Part shown: one piece after another, positions 58,401 through 64,000 of the stretch
How the letters are laid out: the number at the start of each line of letters is the position of its first letter
Numbering within the stretch: the stretch's first letter is position 1
Origin: a virus
Virus record (IMG/VR): IMGVR_UViG_3300010354_000045
Span: 97,494 to 161,493 of that record
Direction: 5' to 3' (one strand)
DNA: 64,000 nucleotides
Notes under the pieces: generated by a model
Told to the model about the DNA's origin: nothing
Database searches by the model: none
What the model saw: only the letters and a program-made list of their open reading frames with translations
Program-made: the position numbers and the translations under genes

Positions 58401-61400
58401 GATCCACTTGCAGTACTTGAAGCGTTAAATGCTGCACCTACAGTATTTGTACCAGTGTTGTAAGTAGCAAGTGTGATTGTAGTAGAAGTTACGCCAGTGA
58501 TAAAGTAAGTGGTATTATTGGCTAATCCACCAAAAGATCCGCTAACCGATGTAGTTATAATATTACCAACAACAAATTTTCCAGTGATAGGAGGTACGAT
58601 TGTTACAGTGCTGCTGTTTAAGGTAGTTCCTGTAATAGTAGCTGTAATAATGGTTAACGGTGAAATTAAGACAGTTTCTAATACATTAGTAGAACACTTA
58701 ATTGCTAAATCTTGAGCCTTGTCTAGAACGTCTGATATATAATCTCGGTCAACACCTGCTGGCCAAGAACTGGCAGCATTAACCCAAAATTGTTTAGCAA
58801 TATCAACAGTGGCTACATTACTGGTAGTAGTGCCGTATGTAATATCATAACTAATAGCACTTATTACTCTTTTAACTATTCGTTTAACATTTTCTCTACC
58901 AAGAGTAGTACCTAATGTACCGTATGTATATGTTGGATTATCTGCTTCACCTTTAGCTACAGCTTCTGCCGCAATAAAATCCAAGTTAGCTTGTAATCCT
59001 AATCTTGCATAATCAAATGCACTAGTAGGAGCACCGTTTGGATTTGTATAAGTTGGATATTGAATATTCTGATTGGTAATTCCCAAAGTTAATATATCTA
59101 TGATAACTTGGAATTTATTATTAATTGCTGTTAATACTCCACTATCGCTGATGACAGGATAAGTTAAGTCAACGAATGAGTTAGCATTAGTCTTATATGT
59201 TGTAGCATTAGTAACAGTCATAGCTGTTCTAATATTAGCAGTAGTTCCAGCAGGTATAGTCGGATTAACTACTGCAATGACACTGTGCTGATTAACAATA
59301 GCTACAATACTATTAATGTTATTAGTTATGGATGTTGAAACTGTACCACCACCAGCTAATGATTCATTTCTATATTGTCTGATAGTCTGTTGATAGACTA
59401 TTGCAGGACTTGTGTTTGTAATAATAGCTTGAGCTAAGGTATTGATATATCCTATCATCGATACAACGGGTTGTACTTCGATATCTTCTATGGTCCTAGT
59501 AGCACCGTTCCAATAGCTGTTTCCAACATAAACGCTTTCTTTATTGCCACCATACATAAAGTCAAACACTAAAGATTTGATAATTTTATCTATATCTGCT
59601 TTGTATCTTACTCGGTCGTACGGCAAATTAGGATATTCTGATGAAAGATATGCAATTAGTTCTGCTTGTATAAAATTAATGTTTTCAATCAACAATGTCT
59701 TGGCATTGATTTGACCAGTTGTTGTCGCCGGAACTGTTCCGTAAAATAATTCTGGAACAGTGCCATTTTTTATTAAATTAATTATAGTAGCAAAACTATT
59801 TTTAATAGTTGTTTGGATACTAGAACTGTTAACTACATCTGGGATGTTTAAAATAGTATTAGGGGTAGTTGTACTTCCTAGTAGATTGTTAAGAACAGCT
59901 TCAATTTGACTAGTAGTTAACGCAGTACCAGCAGATGAGAATTTGTGACCTGCACTAATACTTTGATAATTTGAAGAAAATACAAGATCATAAGATACTG
60001 AATCTAATATAACATCTATATAAGAATTTAATCCGGTAGAGCTATATGCAAATCCTAAAACTTGGTCTCTAGCAAATTTAATAGCTTCAATTGTTTGTGT
60101 TAGTTGTCCCGGCAAAATTTTAGTACTGTCTTCATTAAAATATCTTGCGCCAGCATTAAAACTATTGTATGTTGTATCAAATACTAGATCATTAGCTACT
60201 CCTTCTACAGCAGCTTGAATATCTACATTATATTTTGCCTTATCATATGTAAATGTATTAACATATTTGTTATTGATATATGCAATAGTTTCTGCTTGAA
60301 TAAATGTTTTATTAGCTTGTAATAAGTTGTAAGCAGCCTGATAAGGTATGCTTTGAGAATTGCCATTTACTAATTGCACACTGCTAATAGTACTAAATGT
60401 TTGATCTGGGCCTATAGTATAAGCAATTCTTTGGCGATAAGGTCCTGGTTCTTGGCTAGCTAAAGTTATTAAATTTTCAGCTGCTAGAGCCGCAGCACCA
60501 ATTGATCGATAAGCATACTGCCAAAATCTTCCTTCTTTTCCGGGAGGAACTTTTGTTTGTAGATCGTCGCCTGATGTAGTTACAAACAGATTAACATTAC
60601 TTGAGAATGTATTATTGTCAACATAGTACTTTGTTGCTGCTTGAAGGTCGTCGGCGCTTGTTTGTATGCCGGCACCAGCCAACGGAGCAGGATGATCTGA
60701 CAAATATAATTTGCCAGTCATGGTGTCGCCGCCTCTGTAGACTACATTTTTTCTTGGTAATACTTCTGTTGATAGATAATTGCTAGTTAAGGCTCCGTCA
60801 TAATCTGGATCTGAAGTTTGTCCACTAGTTGGTTCTTCTCTAGCTCTTAAAGCATCTGGAAGATAAAATTTATTATTAGTTAAATTTTTCTCTTTAATTA
60901 CGTATCTATTGTCAGCATATCCTTTTGGTATAGCAAATGAATCTGTTGTTAATAAATTTGTTCCGTGTACATTATTATATAAATTTAAATTTGTAGTGTT
61001 TGGTTCGCCTACATTTCCTAATGCTAGGCCAGAAGAGTTTAGTGGTGCACCTAACGTTGGTTTAGTATCGTCATTGAGTTCACCTACAGTAGCTGAAATA
61101 GTAAGCTGATCGTCGCTGTTGTAATTAATACTAATACCAGCACCAGCAGTCATAGTTCTAGCTGACAGTCTACTACCTAACCCATTGGCCATAATAAATT
61201 GATTTGGATCGTACGCCGGTCTTGTTCTTGGATTAGTTGGGCTAATGGGTAATGCTGGATTTTGAGCTTTTAACGGAGTATCACCTAAGTCAGTAAGACC
61301 AATTACCCCGTCTACTCCAAAAACAGCATAGATTTCATTAAAGTTTTCATTAACTTTACGGAATGATTCTCTAATACTGTCACCAGTACCGTCGTTACCC

Positions 61401-61432
61401 TGTACACCAATATCAATTGTTTGTTTTGCCAT
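49430..61432 (-). CDS. Giant (4000-aa) tail fibre/spike protein
   Basis: Start MAKQTIDIGVQGNDGTGD at 61432; beta-helix motifs (VESGIYYEDYPIRLP.NVSIKGD..R), helical repeats, and a C-terminal YADLAE...GRVPCKV intramolecular-chaperone-like domain. Confidence 0.88.
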   Translation of the reverse strand: MAKQTIDIGVQGNDGTGDSIRESFRKVNENFNEIYAVFGVDGVIGLTDLGDTPLKAQNPALPISPTNPRTRPAYDPNQFIMANGLGSRLSARTMTAGAGISINYNSDDQLTISATVGELNDDTKPTLGAPLNSSGLALGNVGEPNTTNLNLYNNVHGTNLLTTDSFAIPKGYADNRYVIKEKNLTNNKFYLPDALRAREEPTSGQTSDPDYDGALTSNYLSTEVLPRKNVVYRGGDTMTGKLYLSDHPAPLAGAGIQTSADDLQAATKYYVDNNTFSSNVNLFVTTSGDDLQTKVPPGKEGRFWQYAYRSIGAAALAAENLITLASQEPGPYRQRIAYTIGPDQTFSTISSVQLVNGNSQSIPYQAAYNLLQANKTFIQAETIAYINNKYVNTFTYDKAKYNVDIQAAVEGVANDLVFDTTYNSFNAGARYFNEDSTKILPGQLTQTIEAIKFARDQVLGFAYSSTGLNSYIDVILDSVSYDLVFSSNYQSISAGHKFSSAGTALTTSQIEAVLNNLLGSTTTPNTILNIPDVVNSSSIQTTIKNSFATIINLIKNGTVPELFYGTVPATTTGQINAKTLLIENINFIQAELIAYLSSEYPNLPYDRVRYKADIDKIIKSLVFDFMYGGNKESVYVGNSYWNGATRTIEDIEVQPVVSMIGYINTLAQAIITNTSPAIVYQQTIRQYRNESLAGGGTVSTSITNNINSIVAIVNQHSVIAVVNPTIPAGTTANIRTAMTVTNATTYKTNANSFVDLTYPVISDSGVLTAINNKFQVIIDILTLGITNQNIQYPTYTNPNGAPTSAFDYARLGLQANLDFIAAEAVAKGEADNPTYTYGTLGTTLGRENVKRIVKRVISAISYDITYGTTTSNVATVDIAKQFWVNAASSWPAGVDRDYISDVLDKAQDLAIKCSTNVLETVLISPLTIITATITGTTLNSSTVTIVPPITGKFVVGNIITTSVSGSFGGLANNTTYFITGVTSTTITLATYNTGTNTVGAAFNASSTASGSLGITTNNTRVRQNNIAGNALASSASTTINDRFNTVKAILNSLTNVPTIVYPSDVGYNSTKLSAKTDIVASKTTVANDTIVFLDTTFTGGFAYDESLCYRDIGLIIDAMSIDLITGGTYQSIFAGKSYYKNSSAKAIAIGTQYSETLDGINFTYALAIQVLNKSSASRYQILVPQITSIVGTLPTTLIGITGVSGDYNTNSTAITTFSNNMDIMINIINNGIGAAPVSSFGTGIWKVSVTNGGTGAVDQGKAGNNDIIPAKIIVGFTSNAYASIVKYTPGNIGGTGSVDVIEVRKTKPGFFVTNSMGVGGVGEQIEFGETVQATNITIFVESGIYYEDYPIRLPNNVSIKGDEFRRTIIRPRDRISQSPWRKIFFYRDAVIDAMQIGLIDTSTNYANTSSITLDGTTNQIVITLGTGQVPSTWIGKILQVSYVDQGSTAIGESRVGKATIDSISGNFMNCSVIYPFYNKGTVASPNWKLYDGINYARHYLTNPLDVNSPAKNNKDIDVFLCNDAVRVNNVTIQGHGGFAMVLDPEGQIKTKSPYGQVCSSFSQSNNNKRFAGGQFVDGFAGRLKGFITNIVYDGIQSLNIQTAGSGYTPGIYTNVKLTGANSNVTGIGAVATITIGTAGVGTTITAATITSAGQGYKFADLLVIDTVGQTIPGLTNIAGGGVIGVQAVNGNGNGITVTIVGDANSGLDFRPPQPPCAFYVSGYRYQIDDIVSHDPTTRTVVVTMNVDTPYNALGSYNNVKCSRDVGYILDAVGYDIVTGSNYQSITAGLAYQRSSATNVVGGQKTSTIAGIQKARDLALLQTNTGYRSLLTLNNSSLVGGSNYAPASGIQTYPNVPLTPYTVSVKGTGATASIDVNNGVVTSVSVTLGGSNYKVGDILTASNASLGGSGTGFRITVASVSANNAIDTAIINRFDTITTILDQGINGSPAITYPTPSAGSDTNLNKARDILIANRTFIQNEITAYIADTFILKSYPAYKATTLQNYVVNVLNAFIYDIYYGGNSQTINVAESFYYRNLYVNPTTNTNLFGTNLESVYQSAFTRLKAILGNIVAGTSISITAGNTENQITTNAPSAGAILTAVQTKLNTLSDNVIDYVNDGQFTATTLSSVTCVGTSGQFTCTSSTLYLGQYVHVTGTLTGNVTGVTSGQTYYIIATNGTTSFTLSAIPNGQAITTSNSTTTGLVFNIRPVVTYPDVATGATGYAGVTYTYDTGLKTARTTIDTNKSTTQSSVISYLNNGADLLINIEMGGNKSMLANDFAMINDLGYAIVCTNGAVSEQVSTFTYYCHTHYWSNNGGQIRSVAGSNAHGTYGLRASGYDVTEVPDAVSLANNMIQTARVYKQGIFGNEMTPTATQQALFVYITDYSYNPMGSSELEIDHSIADSTVGIVRYEVKSVEYTTVSINGKSVLKLNLSTTGNSGTSSTGLARALYNGQQITIRTLTKNKFNGIANVNPTRPSTALQYNEDLADIYRILAYGLADSTGEILPSNVAILESDSSFDYYKFIVDVSNIVKPDPAITPVTATINAGASVSSTTITVSNATGSITQGMGVWIESGGINTGQFVVSATGGGGNWTVVLSKPPSSVPTTNAVITFSTKTQGSLPGDDKVSVLEVTQSSIINQINKGIYIVGWGGRVFRVKEYVVPQFIASANTFVDWGIVGTNKLRVQVVTGNIEIGDIIKYTSGGNLVQFVDSGSNPITVTNVTSGLVGGVLTYEVTFSATPTVLPSVGNAPFVFGVAYTGYLRLDPNAIDNNSSEGNSISALTYTSSVAGTSSGSRIVTFDIPFGNTVNGSVLPVVDSYVNIQGNTLATPYNGYYQISGVTDQTVVAVPSVDGLVVGMIVSSAAPSAIVPPSTIIQSIDPISKTITVSPSCWIPSGTTITATIYAYITSIAGSLPTTTFADPSLLEVRIGTVTTGGTAGTVVQGRVKANTQITAGNVYTITGWTIISPGFGYTSAPSVKLFYNNVEVTTALTAVMSATATNAVTSTGGITTRNISIYYPRDPGVTGNLVQVANSGNIITLDSVTGLDVNNRIIFYKTATGSDIGNIVTGVTYYIKTIDGPNKNITVSATISNGVAGTVFVPVNSGTLSGTMTYHSPDYGVPTTVTINSAAAPVASTTINGTVSYLVTFTLGANFTSTLGNWYYISNSSNSLYNGFYQATATNTNNTTLVVRYPSNPGTFAGTASVYYDPTNATTNKRGLGIPFNTSTSSTLRLGYPADTTGQITVRISTCRASGHDFLDIGTGSYSTTNYPYTIYGNPAQSRQPQNEVKEDGVGRVFYVTTDQNGIFRVGRFFTVDQGTGTVTFSASIALSNLDGLGFKRGVVVSEFSTDSSMTNNAPDTVSTQSAVRGYIDKRLGLDHSGGVLPVSNLIGPGFMALNGALSMKGNMVMGAFKITQLGTPTENADATTKDYVDSQIAAFDQFRELRDTEFVNPANGQIAVYDNQTQVTITNAQGTGTVSTLWFNIQASAPFAVGSIIVVSGVGAGSGSASYNGEKIVLTCSTTTVTFVGTASTTLSGLSGTATATKWRNVTLPSDSNTSDVLLTYNSATGVFTSAIQNNKITNAMVSTTAAIVQSKLSMTVASARAVDGGTGTGGAIVQADLGLSTFNSSEFTVNAQGWVQLKTNGIAFSKIEQVAKDTVLGNKTNTALTDATGVTMSDVVKNGNGLQNSLFTSAGVLVLSTATNGANEAGTTLTGYANTYTTLGYTTTRESSKLLQTDTNGGIDVAYLKVDDKKVIDLDATATTVEFYTPGTYNFATATGTDENNTTVTVKGNLSVIDTNSKITVKQLTSGAATGTGSAATLTGQWTLSADSSLDLAANNNVLKVKSITTGDESTTGQITGRWSLVGSSTLQATYADLAEYYEGDQEYEPGSVLVFGGDKEVTTTKTINDTRAAGVVTTNPAYIMNTDQKGQKVCLALAGRVPCKVVGRVKKGDMLTTSATPGYAVKALNPTLGSIIGKALEDKDYGEAGVIQIAVGRL

Positions 61433-61434
61433 TA

Positions 61435-61758
61435 TTAAACTCCAAAGCTCGAACCGCAACCGCAAGTAGTAGTTGCATTAGGATTTTTTATTGTAAATGA
61501 ACTGCCCATTAAATCATCTTTATAATCTATCTCTGCACCTTGCAGATATTGCATACTCATTGAATCTACTAGTACTCGATAAGACTCTAATGGTATAGAA
61601 AAGTCATCTTCTGCTTGTTCTTCGTCAAATGTAAATCCGTAACTGAATCCCGAACAACCGCCGCCCTGAACAAAAGTCCTTAAAGCTAAATTGGGATTCC
61701 CTTCTTCATTAAGTAAATCTATAATTTTTTTCTTAGCAGATTCTGATATAGTCAGCAT
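61435..61758 (-). CDS. erpA: A-type Fe-S cluster carrier
   Basis: [26 protein letters not shown] and [14 protein letters not shown]. Confidence 0.92.
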   Translation of the reverse strand: MLTISESAKKKIIDLLNEEGNPNLALRTFVQGGGCSGFSYGFTFDEEQAEDDFSIPLESYRVLVDSMSMQYLQGAEIDYKDDLMGSSFTIKNPNATTTCGCGSSFGV

Positions 61759-61775
61759 TTTTTATCCTTATACCA

Positions 61776-61812
61776 TATTTATCAAACGGATTTTATAATC
61801 TTAATGTAAATA
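61776..61812. promoter_or_regulatory. Divergent TAAATA late-promoter motifs
   Basis: Minus strand 61776-61781; plus strand 61807-61812. Confidence 0.55.
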
Positions 61813-61817
61813 ATTTT

Positions 61818-62105
61818 ATGTATATAGGACAAGAATACGAGCAACATAGCTACTATAGAAAAAGCAAGCATGGTAATATTCATGCCTATCTAAGGAAAAA
61901 ATCAGTATTAATTTTTAGATGCGACAGTTGCCAAGAAATTTTTAAAAGAGATAAAGGTGATATGGATCCTAAACGTGTTAGTAATAATTTCTATCACGTT
62001 TGTAGTAATTGTGATGCTAAAAAGTTTGCTCAAGAAAAAGGAGTTGAAGCCAGGCGAGTATGGGATATGCCAGTAAGTAGCCTTAAGACTCTAGGCCAAT
62101 TCTAG
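61818..62105 (+). CDS. Zinc-ribbon hypothetical protein
   Basis: CDSC...CSNC. Confidence 0.75.
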   Translation: MYIGQEYEQHSYYRKSKHGNIHAYLRKKSVLIFRCDSCQEIFKRDKGDMDPKRVSNNFYHVCSNCDAKKFAQEKGVEARRVWDMPVSSLKTLGQF

Positions 62106-62637
62106 CACTAACTACATTCCAGTTAATTATTTTCCATTGGTTTTCTAAATACTTCTTTTTGTCAGCTTGGTAATCTAAAGCCCAAGCGTGTTCCCACCAA
62201 TCTATTAATAACGCGATATCTTGCTTTATCTGATGGTTAACAATAGTTTTTATTTCGCCTTTTTTAGACAAGTATACCCAGCCAGATCCTTGTATTTTCA
62301 TTGCTATTTTTTCAAAATCATCTTTAAATTTTTCAAATGTTTTAAATTTTTCAATTATAAGTTCGCTAGCAGGGCCTTCTGGTTTATTATTGTTTTTAGG
62401 TTTTTGAAATTGTGTAAAGTATAAATCGTGTAAAAACGCACCTGCTTCATTAAATTCAGGATCGCCTTCACCGTTGTTAAATCTGTCTACATATCCTTTA
62501 TATAGTTTACCATGATGATAATCTAAAGATTGTTTACTTAGACTGCGACCTAATCCATCTTTAGGATATGGTAAGGGCGTTTGTTCTAATTTTTTTAATG
62601 ATCTACCTTCTACTATTGTTTTTATAAAGTTATACAT
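62083..62637 (-). CDS. Fe/Mn superoxide dismutase
   Basis: LPY, YHHGK, FLHDLYF, GSGW and DWWEHA; all four metal ligands are present. Confidence 0.9.
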   Translation of the reverse strand: MYNFIKTIVEGRSLKKLEQTPLPYPKDGLGRSLSKQSLDYHHGKLYKGYVDRFNNGEGDPEFNEAGAFLHDLYFTQFQKPKNNNKPEGPASELIIEKFKTFEKFKDDFEKIAMKIQGSGWVYLSKKGEIKTIVNHQIKQDIALLIDWWEHAWALDYQADKKKYLENQWKIINWNVVSARIGLES

Positions 62638-62655
62638 TTTTTCTAGTAAATACTT

Positions 62656-62761
62656 TGCTAAGTGGTCAACTAGGCGTCCGAGGATCCCTAAATCACTGTT
62701 TTCCTAGTTTCTAAGTGGTACAGTCATTGTGACTACAGGCAAATCGGCACTTAGCATTTTT
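62656..62761. ncRNA. Candidate structured RNA (SOD leader or independent small RNA)
   Basis: Closing stem TGCTAAGTG/CACTTAGCA; internal stems AACTAGG/CCTAGTT and AGTCA/TGACT; TAAATA motifs point into it from both sides. Confidence 0.5.
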
Positions 62762-62811
62762 GTTTATTATGGTATTTAGTTTATAAATACTATCCTAAGG
62801 AGGAATCCCAT

Positions 62812-63063
62812 ATGTTAGGATTTATTAAAAAACTTTTAGGCTACCCTACTGAGGCAGAAAAAGCAGCAGCCAAGGCAGCAACAGAAGCACCGTATAAAGT
62901 TGAAGTAGCAACACCTGCACCTGCACCTGCACCTGCACCTGCACCAGTCGTCAGTCAGCCTGAAAAAGTTGTCGAAGTTAAGAAACCTAAAACTGCCGGA
63001 AGAAAGCCAAAGAAGGCAGTTGAAGAAAAGAAGCCAAGAAAAACAAAGGGTAGCAAAAACTAA
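62812..63063 (+). CDS. Small Lys-rich protein with a Pro-Ala linker
   Basis: TATAAATA at 62782-62789, AAGGAGG RBS and a downstream terminator. Confidence 0.85.
   Translation: MLGFIKKLLGYPTEAEKAAAKAATEAPYKVEVATPAPAPAPAPAPVVSQPEKVVEVKKPKTAGRKPKKAVEEKKPRKTKGSKN
62912..62945 (+). repeat. CACCTG hexamer tandem repeat (about 5.5 copies) encoding Pro-Ala
   Basis: Read directly from the sequence. Confidence 0.9.
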
Positions 63064-63088
63064 AAAAAGGGCGAAAGCCCTTTTTTTT
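63062..63088. terminator. Bidirectional terminator
   Basis: A7-GGGC-GAAA-GCCC-T8 between convergent genes. Confidence 0.9.
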
Positions 63089-63269
63089 AATTTATTTTTT
63101 TGTTATTTTTTTCAATTTCGTCTTTAAGACGTAACTTTTGTTTTTTAAGTTCTTCAACTTGAATGTCGTCTGCTCTTGACAAGTATAATTGATTAATTCT
63201 TTTGTCTAGCTCGTCGTGTTTTTCTTTTAGACTTTCAACATAATGAATTAGTTTCTCTCTGGTAATCAT
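63087..63269 (-). CDS. DUF465/YdcH-like small coiled-coil protein
   Basis: L.EKH.ELD..I......LKKQKL.LKDEI; start MITREK with an ATGA overlap. Confidence 0.75.
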   Translation of the reverse strand: MITREKLIHYVESLKEKHDELDKRINQLYLSRADDIQVEELKKQKLRLKDEIEKNNKKIN

Positions 63270-64000
63270 ACCATTTCCTTCATTTGTTTGTAAAGTTCTA
63301 TGCTGGCTAGATTCTTGCCCTTGCTTTCGCACATTATGTCGAAATTGTCTGTGAACGTTATTGCCCAATTGTTAACTTCCTTATTCCAGTAAAAGTCAGA
63401 GTGTGCTCTGAGTTTTGCTTTTTTGTGTCCTGTTTCTAACAATGATTTATAGTCAGGGATGGTATTTGTACAATGCCCAACTAAGTAATCTTCTCTTGAT
63501 ACAGAATAATGCATGGCGGGCCTAACTCCCCGCCAGCTATCAATTACACGTAGAACTCGATCGTCGGTGGACTGAATGTACTCTCCTTCACGGCACCAGT
63601 GGTGGTGTATATCGAGTACAAGGGCACAATATTTTGCAAGTTCGAGGGTTGAGTCGAGTCCCCATGCATTTTCTTCGTTTTCGATAGTAATGGTGTTTCT
63701 TGCTTCTGGACTGAGTCGTAAAAGAGCACGTTTGATGCCCTCGGGACCGGCTCGACCCGCGATGTGGACGTTGATCTTAAAATCTTGAAATGTGTTGCCG
63801 TATCCCATCCAGCGGGCCATATCCACATGATATTCAAACTCCTCTATACTTCTATTTACAATATCTGGATTATCACTAGCAAGGACGCAAAACTGCCCAG
63901 GATGAAAACTAAGCCGAACACCCATCTTGCGAGCGATATCTCCCACGGTTCGGAAATGTCTTTGGGCGTAATCTCTGACATCGGCTGACCTATAAAACCA
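63266..64000 (-). CDS. uvsE: UV damage endonuclease (5'-truncated by the window edge)
   Basis: RLSFHPGQF.VL.S, NVH, IENEE, LDIHHH, HYS, RAHSD and ESKGKN; the frame is open to 64000. Confidence 0.92.
   Translation of the reverse strand, partial: WFYRSADVRDYAQRHFRTVGDIARKMGVRLSFHPGQFCVLASDNPDIVNRSIEEFEYHVDMARWMGYGNTFQDFKINVHIAGRAGPEGIKRALLRLSPEARNTITIENEENAWGLDSTLELAKYCALVLDIHHHWCREGEYIQSTDDRVLRVIDSWRGVRPAMHYSVSREDYLVGHCTNTIPDYKSLLETGHKKAKLRAHSDFYWNKEVNNWAITFTDNFDIMCESKGKNLASIELYKQMKEMV

Noticed and set aside
62656-62761. Known Mn riboswitch (yybP-ykoY), hammerhead ribozyme or tRNA
   Set aside because: The characteristic conserved cores and a cloverleaf/T-loop are not visible on either strand.
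62912-62945. CACCTG tandem repeat as a phase-variation switch
   Set aside because: The unit is 6 nt and in frame, so slippage only changes a Pro-Ala linker length.
2619-63988. Many plus-strand and alternate-frame ORFs in the track (e.g. 25089-25589, 34434-35042, 47098-47610)
   Set aside because: They are antisense or out-of-frame shadows of well-supported genes and have no RBS or recognisable motifs.
1-64000. Stop-codon reassignment, since TAG stops are very rare
   Set aside because: Genes are intact and tightly packed under the standard code, and 61818-62105 ends in TAG; rarity is expected in AT-rich phages.
1-64000. CRISPR array, tRNA genes, integrase, transposase or diversity-generating retroelement
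   Set aside because: I saw no spaced direct repeats, cloverleafs, recombinase or reverse transcriptase motifs by eye; a tRNAscan or CRISPR scan would be needed to exclude them fully.

Overview
This is a 64-kb, AT-rich, densely coding segment of a large T4-superfamily-like tailed phage genome, almost entirely on the minus strand. Two-component spanins, a GH19 endolysin and an ErpA that resembles betaproteobacterial ErpA suggest a Gram-negative, probably betaproteobacterial host (inference). The left part (0.4-22.6 kb) carries replication and nucleotide genes: thyX, a MoxR/VWA pair, T4-type RNase H, a sliding clamp and a family-B polymerase. Embedded in it is a 7-deazapurine locus: a TGT/DpdA-like transglycosylase, a T-fold protein with LxxxHRHxF (DpdL-like), a GT-B glycosyltransferase, and a translationally coupled folE-PRTase-guaC-X-mazG-queE run. 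The middle part holds probable capsid-internal proteins, dps, clpA/dnaJ, a lysis cassette, phoH, dCMP deaminase, a clamp loader, groES and a DnaE fragment. The right part holds baseplate/tail proteins including a 4000-aa fibre, plus erpA, SOD and a partial uvsE. The leading hypothesis is that the deazapurine locus carries the same set of activities as Streptomyces tubercidin/toyocamycin pathways (decarboxylase, PRTase, GMP reductase) and may make 7-deaza-adenine nucleotides and/or glycosylated deazaguanine DNA. Other notable signals are twin operator-like hairpins before the polymerase, a switch-like RNA upstream of SOD, phycobiliprotein-like repeats in the giant fibre, an FG-repeat holin tail, and sigma70 promoters built into inverted repeats. 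All family calls come from motif recognition by eye, not database searches.
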